From IMG/VR virus record IMGVR_UViG_3300036832_000775, positions 8,949-72,948 of that record: 64,000 bases of DNA; one strand, written 5' to 3'. The translations under genes were made by a program, and so were the position numbers. Positions 47,408 through 55,221 of this stretch are shown one piece after another. This stretch comes from a virus. Position 1 is the stretch's first letter; the number at the start of each line of letters is the position of its first letter. The notes beneath the pieces were generated by a model, which did not search any database, was not told the DNA's origin, and saw nothing but the letters and a program-made list of their open reading frames with translations.

Positions 47408-47651
47408 ATTTCAGCATCCCAGCGGCGCGCAGCGCGCGGGCCGGAAAATCGGGGATATATTTCTCTGCGATCTCCTCTGGAGTCGCCGCGACCATTTCCT
47501 CGCCGTCGACCGTAATCGGCTCGTCGACCCCGTCGACAAAGATGAGCCGATCGCCGGAGACCTCGACCGCGATGTCGACCCCGAACACCCGGTTGCCGAC
47601 GAGATGCGCAATCCGGGTGAACCGTTCACAAGCTTCGTCGATTTCAGCCAT
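47376..47651 (-). CDS. Hypothetical protein
   Basis: GGAGG RBS before MAEIDEACE. Confidence 0.65.
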   Translation of the reverse strand: MAEIDEACERFTRIAHLVGNRVFGVDIAVEVSGDRLIFVDGVDEPITVDGEEMVAATPEEIAEKYIPDFPARALRAAGMLKFVEIEGSRTP

Positions 47652-47752
47652 AGGAATCCTCCGCAGAAAGCGGGCGGCCCCATCCGCTTCCGGCTGGGGG
47701 GCAAAAAAGAAACATCGGAGCCGCCCGGGCGGGGGATCTAACCACCCCGCCG

Positions 47753-47785
47753 ATTGCAGCCTACCCCGATTTGCACTATTTGCAA
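47753..47785 (+). promoter_or_regulatory. Promoter with operator TTGCA-N5-TGCAA
   Basis: TTGCACTATTTGCAA at 47771-47785; ATTGCA-N17-CTATTT. Confidence 0.6.
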
Positions 47786-47807
47786 GACGGGCGCTGGAGT
47801 CGAAAAC

Positions 47808-48068
47808 GTGGCCCTCTACACCGTCAAGCAACATCGGCCGGCCTATTTCGAGGGCTTCGACGACATGGTCGTCACCGCGGTCCCCGAGGCCGATTTCACG
47901 AACCCAAAGGTCCTGCCCTGGCTGAAGAATTTCATGCATGACGACGTCGAGGACTACGCATTCGTCGAGTTTTACGTCGAGGACGGTTTCGGCACCGAGA
48001 AGCTCATCTCGGCGCGCTACAACAACGGCAAACACTGGGTCGCCGCCATCGCGCGGCCGGAGAAATGA
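47808..48068 (+). CDS. Counter-oriented moron gene 1
   Basis: GTG after GGAGTCGAA RBS. Confidence 0.7.
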   Translation: MALYTVKQHRPAYFEGFDDMVVTAVPEADFTNPKVLPWLKNFMHDDVEDYAFVEFYVEDGFGTEKLISARYNNGKHWVAAIARPEK

Positions 48069-48271
48069 AGTATCGCGAAATGGAGTTCAGCTATCGCGAA
48101 CTGCAGAAGTGCGCCGAGCGCGAGGCCGCGATGCGAACCAACGTCTACCGGCGGCACGGCAAGGGCCGGCCGTCGGACATGCGCGAGATTGAGATGATGC
48201 GCGTCATCGCCTCGCTGATGAAAGACATGGCCGACGGCCAGGACCTGACCGAGCTCGTCAAAAAATCATGA
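48065..48271 (+). CDS. Counter-oriented moron gene 2
   Basis: CAEREAAMR.NVY...REIEMMR motif; ATGA coupling. Confidence 0.7.
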   Translation: MKYREMEFSYRELQKCAEREAAMRTNVYRRHGKGRPSDMREIEMMRVIASLMKDMADGQDLTELVKKS

Positions 48272-48760
48272 CTCATCGAGGCGGATGAGGCTAATGAAGC
48301 TAACCTTGTCGAGCGGGCAGGCGTAATAGGTCTCATCGTTGCCGGTAACGCTGTTCAGCTTGGTCACGCGATACCAGGTCTCCCAGGTTGTCTCCTCCAT
48401 GATCATGACCGCCGCCTTGAGATCGGCGCTGATGCTCACCCAGGCATACACGTCCCCGACCGAGCGGTGGACCGATCGCACGCTGGAAACGAAGACTTCG
48501 CGAAACGGCCAGTCACGCCGGCCGCTGAAGGTGATCGTCAGCCCTTTGACCTCGAATCGGCGCCGCGGTCCGTTCTTCTGCCAGGCGAACAGATCGCCGC
48601 TGTCGGAGTACGCGCGGTGCTCGGCCGCCGTCGGAGCTTCCTCAGTCGGCTGAATCTCGACGGTGAACTTGCGCGTCTCATTCAGCCAATAGCCGAAAGC
48701 CCACACACTTGGCCTGTCGCTGCGCAGGCGCTCGAGGAAGAGCTCATGCTGCCTTGTCAG
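48266..48760 (-). CDS. PD-(D/E)xK-like protein, probable CTG start
   Basis: DSGDL...RFEVKGL; GGAGGAGG SD before CTG that overlaps the upstream stop. Confidence 0.6.
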   Translation of the reverse strand: MTRQHELFLERLRSDRPSVWAFGYWLNETRKFTVEIQPTEEAPTAAEHRAYSDSGDLFAWQKNGPRRRFEVKGLTITFSGRRDWPFREVFVSSVRSVHRSVGDVYAWVSISADLKAAVMIMEETTWETWYRVTKLNSVTGNDETYYACPLDKVSFISLIRLDES

Positions 48761-49092
48761 GCCGCCTCCTCCGGCTTGTTGGTCATTCTGAAGCGCACAT
48801 AGGCGCGGATTCGATCGCCCTCACCCAGTCTTTGCTCGAGATCGGCGCGCACCCGCCAGTAGCAGCGGCAGCCAGGCGAACCGAACACCGCGACCGCGCC
48901 GGCTAGCGCCTGGGTGATCGTCGAGATCCCGTCCGCATGGACGATGAGCTCCATGTATTCCTCGCCGGTCTGACAGGTGCGCTGCTTCAGCCCGTCGAGA
49001 GGCTCGATCCCCTTCGCCTGCAGATGGGAATCGACGAAGGTCTGCACCGCCTTCTCCATCTCGAGCTCACCGCGGTTTTCGTGGAGCATCAT
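48757..49092 (-). CDS. Hypothetical protein
   Basis: 111 aa ORF in the operon. Confidence 0.6.
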   Translation of the reverse strand: MMLHENRGELEMEKAVQTFVDSHLQAKGIEPLDGLKQRTCQTGEEYMELIVHADGISTITQALAGAVAVFGSPGCRCYWRVRADLEQRLGEGDRIRAYVRFRMTNKPEEAA

Positions 49093-49191
49093 TGTCCGCC
49101 CGAAAGGCCTTCGACCCGAAATAAGCGCCCAGGAAGCTGCCGGCGAACGCCGATAGAAACATCCAGGCGAGGTCCCACCAGGTCATTGTGA

Positions 49192-49500
49192 CTAGACCAA
49201 CTGCAACTGCAACAACAACATTCCCGACTGGTTAATCATATACTCGAATGAGCCTGGGGGGCGATGCGGCGACTGCAAGCTGGGCAGATTGAACCCGTCG
49301 CCCAGCCCGCCATAAGTATGACCGAGAACCGCGAACAAGTCCGGGTAATCCCGCGCTGAGAGCCGAGCGCCGTTGCACACCAGAAGGCCGTTGCGACCGA
49401 TGATTGAGGGTCGCCACGCCTTGACAGGCATCAGCGCGTCGAGGCGAAGGATCGCCGGGGCGCTGACCAGTCCCAGAAGAAGACTACGCCGTCCAATCAT
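49192..49500 (-). CDS. Twin-arginine-like N-terminus fused to a tail-collar domain
   Basis: GRRSLLLGLVSAPAILR..LMPV then GLLVCNGARLSARDYPDLFAVLGHTYGG...FNLPSL. Confidence 0.75.
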   Translation of the reverse strand: MIGRRSLLLGLVSAPAILRLDALMPVKAWRPSIIGRNGLLVCNGARLSARDYPDLFAVLGHTYGGLGDGFNLPSLQSPHRPPGSFEYMINQSGMLLLQLQLV

Positions 49501-49721
49501 TGCAGCTCATCGATCGCCCGAATGATCGCGTCCTCGCCGAGGCTCAGCCACGCCTCGTCATGGAAGGCGTGAACCGCAAACCCCGCCTTGGCTAAATCGA
49601 GCGCGTGCTCCGGGTCCGAGCGCGCCGCAGCCTCACGTTTGCATATCGGCCACAAAACTTGCAAATCGATCGCCCGTTGGTGCGCTCGCCACCAGCGCAT
49701 CAGCAGGATCAGCAGGGTCAT
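49497..49721 (-). CDS. Hypothetical protein
   Basis: Coupled ATG; WWRAHQRAIDLQVLWPICK. Confidence 0.65.
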   Translation of the reverse strand: MTLLILLMRWWRAHQRAIDLQVLWPICKREAAARSDPEHALDLAKAGFAVHAFHDEAWLSLGEDAIIRAIDELQ

Positions 49722-50425
49722 GGCGCCGCCACCTCGTTGAGGTCGCCCAACCCTTTCCCCTTCTTGGCGTCCCAGTCGACCCGATAGTGCCGCGGCTCCG
49801 GCCGGCCATGGTAGCGCCCCTCGCAACCCAACGGCTCAAGCGCCTCGCGCAAAATCTTGCCGCGACAGGGATGCTTGAGCATCCGCATCGCCTTGGCCTC
49901 AATCTGGGCCACCCGCGAGCGTGTTATGCCCCACATTTCGCCAATCTCCGTGAGCGTCTTCTCCTCGCAATCAATTCCGAACCGTATGCGCAAAATGCGC
50001 TCCAGCCTCGGCGGCAGCATGCCCAGCGCCTGGCGCACCGAGGCCACAGCCTGTTCCCGAATCATCGTCTCCTCGGCCGGTATCGCCAAAGTGCGCAGCG
50101 ACGCCCCGAGCGCGGCAATCGACTCGATCTCTTCGAGATTCGCCTGGAACGCCACCCGGTTCTTGCGCAGCGGCGCTTCCAGATGCTGCGGCGGATACAA
50201 CTCTTCCGGCATGCAGCCAAGAAAGGCCGAGAGCTTGGCGACGGGCTCGCGCCAGTCGCCCGTCGAAGCAAGCGCTGGCGCCTTGAGATTGGCGATGACG
50301 CCAAGCGTCGGGTTGGGAATGCCGCTCGCCCGCGCCAATGCCGCCAGGGTCGGGAAGCCGCTCTCGCGCATCTTGGTCAGCAACCGATTGTTGCGGACCC
50401 GCACGACGACTTCGTAGTCCTTCAC
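49718..50425 (-). CDS. HTH plus sigma70 region-4 transcription factor
   Basis: LPPRLERILRIRFGI...TLTEIGEMWGITRSRVAQIEAKAMRMLKHP. Confidence 0.85.
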   Translation of the reverse strand: MKDYEVVVRVRNNRLLTKMRESGFPTLAALARASGIPNPTLGVIANLKAPALASTGDWREPVAKLSAFLGCMPEELYPPQHLEAPLRKNRVAFQANLEEIESIAALGASLRTLAIPAEETMIREQAVASVRQALGMLPPRLERILRIRFGIDCEEKTLTEIGEMWGITRSRVAQIEAKAMRMLKHPCRGKILREALEPLGCEGRYHGRPEPRHYRVDWDAKKGKGLGDLNEVAAP

Positions 50426-51289
50426 GGCGTAACCCCGAGCCCCAGCGCGATCTCGCGAAGCAACCGCTCGATCGGCACAAGCCGGTCGCTCGTCACAATC
50501 AGCTCGCGAACCCCGCCACGAATCTGGTCAAGGCTCTCATTGAGCTTCCGCAGCTCCGCCGTCAGCTCCGCCACCGTCGCCACGTTCCGGATGTCCGCCT
50601 CCATCAGCGTCAGATCCGGCTCCTTGCCCTCGGCCATGCTGTTCAACCTCCCAGATCACTCCCAGCGCTCGGTCGAGCCGATCAATCGCCCGACAAATCA
50701 AAACCCGCGCCTCGACCCAATGCCCATCCTCCAACTCCGCCCTAACCAGATCCAGCATCCGCTGGGCGAAATCGAGATGGTTCATACCGGATCGAGCGGC
50801 GCCGCATAGGCGCCGTCCAAAGCCGTGCGCAGGATGGCGACGAAAGCGATCACTTCGGCGTCGATCTCAAGGCCCTGGCAACGCAATTGCCATTCAGAGA
50901 GGACGTGATCTAGCATCCGCGCTTCATCCGGACGCAAGAGGAAGTCGACGGTAGGATCGGGGCGATCGTCCGGTTCTCCCTTTGTGCCGACGTTCATGGT
51001 TTAGCCCGCAACCACTTGCACCCAGCGAATGCAGATTCGCGATTAGACTACGCCAACCGACTACGTCGAAAGAGGTAGGTCAATGCTTCGTCTGCCAAGC
51101 GACCCACTCGTGCGCTGACCACCACCACATCGCCAGTTCGTAGTCGCGCCGCTCCGCGGCGCTCAACTCGCCCCACGTCTTGCCGTTGGGGCACGGCATC
51201 GTCAGCTGCGGCTCGCCGCTGGCCTCCCACCAACTGCGGGTAGACGACAGCTCCTCGCCAAGCTTGACCGCCTCTTCGCTGGTCATCAT
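50422..51289 (-). other. Cluster of four small hypothetical ORFs (50422-50646, 50537-50785, 50782-50997, 51080-51289)
   Basis: Short same-strand ORFs between terL and the sigma-like gene. Confidence 0.5.
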
Positions 51290-51300
51290 CCTCGGCTCCT

Positions 51301-52974
51301 TCAGATCGGATAGAGCGGCGCCGGCGGCATCGGCGACGCCATCAGCTCGGCATAGTTCTCCATCTCCACCTCGGACGATTTCTTTAACAAGCCCCGATCG
51401 CGCAGCCACTTCAACGCCTGGCAGACCGCATCCGGAATATCGTCATGCTTGCCCTTGGGGAAAGAAGCCATCTGCGACATCGCCAGCTCCGCCCAGTCCC
51501 GCGGCCAGACCGCCCCATTCCCCTGCGTCTGCGCCGGCACCCACATGACCCCCTTGCGAATCGACCCGTCAGCCTCCTCCTCGCCCCACAAATGCGTCAG
51601 GGCATGCGCCCGCGCCACCTTGTCCATGTTCAGCGGGTCAATTCGCTGCACCGCAAACTCCTCGTCCCGCGTCAGCCGCTGCACCTCCTGCGCAACCGAA
51701 ATCCCAGACCCCTTGTTCTCAATCAACAGCCGGTGAACCTTCAACTTCCGGCTGCCCTTGATCACCTCCGCAACCAAATCCGCCAGCGGCAGCCGCTTCT
51801 GCCAGCAGCTCATCAGCATCGCTTGCTGGACCCCATGATGATTGTTGAAAACGCCCATAATCACGAACGCGGAATAATCGTTCTCCTGCTTCTCGCCATA
51901 GGCCGGGTCCAACGACCCCAAAATGATGTCAAAGTCCGGAAATTGGCTCTCGTTGCGCCCATAGGTCACCGCGATCGACCGCGACCACAGCTCCCACCCA
52001 TTGTACGAAAATAGCCCGCCGCCCCGCGGCGCCGGCCGCTGCTGATACTGCCCAGCCCAAGCGAACTTCTCCATGTCCCGCTTGAGATTGTCGACCTCCT
52101 GCCGACCCCACCGCTCCGAAAACAAGAGCTCCCCATCCGACCGGCGAGGATCCGAAAACCCAATCGACGTCTCGCAATGCCGCCCGCTCTCGTACTCCAT
52201 CGGCAAAACTAGCTGCACATAATCCGGCATGAACTCCTGGATCACCCCCGAAATGTCCCCCTCATGCAATCGCTGCATGATCACAACAATCGCGCTCCGC
52301 GCCTGATCATTGAGCCGGTTCACCGCCCCCTCTCTGAACCTCCTGGTCGCCTTCTCCCGATCCGTCTGACTCTCCGCCTTCTCCACAGAGTGCGGATCAT
52401 CGAGGATAAGCCGATCGCCGCGCCGACTCGTCAAACTCCCAAACGCAACCCCGTCCCGCGTCCCCGTCAGCGTGTTCTCAAAACTCAATTCCCCAAATCG
52501 CGTCAGCTCCACATGCGGCCAATGCCGCTGATACCAATCACTCGTCACCAACGTCCGCATCTTCCGGACGTCCCGAACAACCGCCGTCTCCGCAAAAGAA
52601 CTGGAGATATACCGGTAACTCGTCAGACCCTTCGGCCCCCACTCCCACGCCGGCCAAAACACGCTCACCAAAAGGCTCTTCGCGCTCCCAGGCGGGACAT
52701 TGATCAGAAGCCGCGTGATCAGGCCGGCGGTGACAGCTTCGAGGTGCTCGCAAATCGCATCAATCAACCAACCGTGTACATACCGCCGGTTCGGCTCCAA
52801 AACATGCCAAGCCTCCTGAACAAACGCCGCAAAACTAACCCGACACTTCTCCCGAACCGTCGTGATGCTCTCCGACGCCTCGATCCGACTCACCCCCAAT
52901 TCCCGCCGCATCAACTCCGCCACCACCGCCTCGTGACTCGGCATCGCGCTCGACCTTGGCATGCTCGCCCTCAA
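51301..52974 (-). CDS. terL: Terminase large subunit (start may be 52962 or 52944)
   Basis: LLINVPPGSAKS Walker A, LILDDPH Walker B, IVVIMQRLHEGD, YQQRP, FPKGKHDDIPDA. Confidence 0.95.
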   Translation of the reverse strand: MRASMPRSSAMPSHEAVVAELMRRELGVSRIEASESITTVREKCRVSFAAFVQEAWHVLEPNRRYVHGWLIDAICEHLEAVTAGLITRLLINVPPGSAKSLLVSVFWPAWEWGPKGLTSYRYISSSFAETAVVRDVRKMRTLVTSDWYQRHWPHVELTRFGELSFENTLTGTRDGVAFGSLTSRRGDRLILDDPHSVEKAESQTDREKATRRFREGAVNRLNDQARSAIVVIMQRLHEGDISGVIQEFMPDYVQLVLPMEYESGRHCETSIGFSDPRRSDGELLFSERWGRQEVDNLKRDMEKFAWAGQYQQRPAPRGGGLFSYNGWELWSRSIAVTYGRNESQFPDFDIILGSLDPAYGEKQENDYSAFVIMGVFNNHHGVQQAMLMSCWQKRLPLADLVAEVIKGSRKLKVHRLLIENKGSGISVAQEVQRLTRDEEFAVQRIDPLNMDKVARAHALTHLWGEEEADGSIRKGVMWVPAQTQGNGAVWPRDWAELAMSQMASFPKGKHDDIPDAVCQALKWLRDRGLLKKSSEVEMENYAELMASPMPPAPLYPI

Positions 52975-53443
52975 TCATCACTGGATGTCCCGCCAACGGC
53001 CGCAAAGCCCGCTCCAACTCAATCAGCTGCGGCACACTCAGCCGGCTCAAATCCGGCCCATCTTCCCGATCCCCACGCGGCGCCGCCCAAATCGCACCCC
53101 CGCGCCGCTCTAACCAAAACTTCGCCATCCCAGGATCAGCCTGCCGCCAATTCTTCTCCGGACCCCCTACCCCCATCAAATACGCCGACTGCGCCATCTC
53201 ATTCGTCCGCCTCGCGTCCCCCTTAATCATGCAATCCCGATACCGCCGATACAGCCGATCCGGCGCCAATCCCGTCAGCAGGGAGATCTGCGCCGCTCCC
53301 AACCCGTTCGCACTCATCTCCTCAATCGAACGCTCCATGTCCGCAGCCGCAGCCCGACGCTTCAACGCCAAAGCCGCCGAACGCTCCGACGTCCCCGCCG
53401 CCCGCGGTCTCAAATTCTTTAATGACGTCTCGGATACGGACAT
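52835..53443 (-). CDS. terS: Terminase small subunit
   Basis: SLKNLRP, HTH, AKFWLERRG, DLSRLS; upstream of terL. Confidence 0.75.
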   Translation of the reverse strand: MSVSETSLKNLRPRAAGTSERSAALALKRRAAAADMERSIEEMSANGLGAAQISLLTGLAPDRLYRRYRDCMIKGDARRTNEMAQSAYLMGVGGPEKNWRQADPGMAKFWLERRGGAIWAAPRGDREDGPDLSRLSVPQLIELERALRPLAGHPVMIEGEHAKVERDAESRGGGGGVDAAGIGGESDRGVGEHHDGSGEVSG

Positions 53444-53677
53444 TGTTTTCGGGTCCCATCATATTTCCCGGAGAGGGTTAATCGGAATTTAGCTTCGTGG
53501 GGGCGCTCCCCCCCCCCTCTTCCACCCATGGGCACGCCATCATAGGGGCACGCATCGCGCCACGCATATGCCTGCCCTGCCTGGGCGCATGCAGATCCCA
53601 GGCGGCCTGGCGTCAACATCGCGCAGAGCGCATGCAATATCAAGCGCTTGCGCTGCGCCGGCGACGAGCTCGAGCTG

Positions 53678-53699
53678 CTGTACCCCAGCCTGTACCCCG
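53678..53699. repeat. Tandem CTGTACCCC(A/G) pair matching the attP arm repeats
   Basis: 12-bp spacing, as at 62349/62361 and 62575/62587. Confidence 0.65.
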
Positions 53700-53747
53700 A
53701 TCGATGGCCGGCGCGAGCCGGCCTGGCGCGGGACGCCAGCCACGCGC

Positions 53748-54083
53748 CAAACGACACTCGTTCAGTCCCGGCGGGTGAAGGACCTGGCGGGGGAAGAGTC
53801 GCGAAGGCAAACGCTGGGGCGCACTCTTTCTCTGGGAGCGAGGGACGGAGCCGAAAGCGGAGCGTCCCGTAGGGTTCGGCGAGGTCCTGAAGCGGGCAGA
53901 AAAGGACACTGGCGGGACATAGAGCGTCCTTGTTTGATCGTGCGCGCGGGAGAGCAGCTAACGATTCCGGACAGTGGTGGCGCGTCGGTTGGGACCTCGC
54001 TTCGCGCCGCCACAAGGGCGGTCGGTCCCGCCCTCTGCTGCCCGACGTGAGGGCATAACGGGCGGTGGAGGCTTGCCGCGCGC
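53748..54083 (+). ncRNA. Candidate large structured ncRNA
   Basis: At least nine nested helices with G-U pairs favouring the + strand; no credible ORF. Confidence 0.55.
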
Positions 54084-54521
54084 GCGCGAGGCGGCGCGGG
54101 GACAATGGCGATTTTGCTGGGTTGGGCAAAATCAATTTTTATAACCCTGTCAGGGCAAGCGCTTGCGAGGGCTGTGGCTGGGGTTTGGGATTGACCGAGC
54201 TGTGGGGCTGTAGATTGCTTTGGGGCTGTTCTGAGCGATTTATGGGGCTTGGCGGGGCCGTTCTGGCGTGCTTCATTTGCATGGTCTGCAAGCTTGGGAG
54301 GGCTGCAATGGCGCCGAGGTATGCTCCTGCGATTTTCCCCGCTTTGGCTTCGTCTCCGATCAAACGGCGTCGTTTGGCCAAGGTGCGGCTGATGCGCGCC
54401 GATCGCTCCATCGCTCGCCGCGAGGCGCTCGCGCTTCAACGTCAATTTGGGAAGACTTGGGCCGAGGCGGAGGCCTGGGCCAATTCGCTCGTGCGAGGGG
54501 AATCCGATGAATGATCCCCTT

Positions 54522-54551
54522 GCGATCCTAAGCGATCCTAAGCGATCCTAA
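54522..54551. repeat. (GCGATCCTAA)x3 tandem repeat
   Basis: Perfect 10-bp period. Confidence 0.9.
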
Positions 54552-54568
54552 GTGAGGGAGGAGCGGAA

Positions 54569-54757
54569 TTGAGCGAGAAACCGATTGTCGAGATCCGCGG
54601 GCTCGATATCCAGTGGATCGAGGTTTCGGGCGACCGCGAGGGGTTCGCGGAGGAGAAGGCGGCCTGGCGGATTCAGGTGCGGCGCGAGGGCGAAACCGAG
54701 TGGACGACGATCCCAGTGATCACGGTTGCTGGGCCGCCGGAGGACATGGAGAAATAG
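54569..54757 (+). CDS. Hypothetical protein
   Basis: GGGAGGAG RBS before TTG. Confidence 0.55.
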   Translation: MSEKPIVEIRGLDIQWIEVSGDREGFAEEKAAWRIQVRREGETEWTTIPVITVAGPPEDMEK

Positions 54758-54995
54758 CGCCTCTATCGTGGGAGAAAAAATTAACGTGGCCCATAGCAAG
54801 GACATCGCTCTGCGTAAGGCGCGCACAAAGGGCTATTGGAGGTGGAGGTGCCGCTGCGAACGGCTGGGCCTCGATTGGACCGATCGAGAGGTCCGGAGAG
54901 CTTACGCAGCCAATCCTCGCACCGGCCGCTTCCGCAACAAAGGCCTCTATTGGTGGCTGCATCCCGATGAGAACAAGGGCGGGGCGTAGAACCGT

Positions 54996-55084
54996 TGTCC
55001 CGGCAATGTCCCTCTTGTGTCCCGGGACAGAGGCGGGACAAATCGCCTGCCTAGACGGACCTGGCTGGGGACGTGAGCGGGACA
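54996..55084. repeat. 11-bp phased TGTCCC/GGGACA array centred on palindrome TGTCCCGGGACA
   Basis: TGTCCC at 54996, 55007, 55018; GGGAC(A/G) at 55024, 55035, 55068, 55079. Confidence 0.85.
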
Positions 55085-55221
55085 GGCTTTCGGACGGGCT
55101 ATAATAAAAAGTGCGATAATCGCGACGTTTTCCTCGGAAACCCCTTGTTTCCCTGGGGCTCAGCCCCATTTACGAGTCTCGTCGGCTTTCCTACCAGGCC
55201 GGCGCAGAAACGGAGTCGAAA

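Noticed and set aside
53419-54514. ORFs across the terS-upstream hub
   Set aside because: Low-complexity translations without RBS or coupling; the region is better explained by RNA structure and repeats, although a short ORF ending at 54514 cannot be excluded.
54522-55084. CRISPR array
   Set aside because: Repeat units are 6-10 bp with no spacers of CRISPR length, and there are no cas genes.
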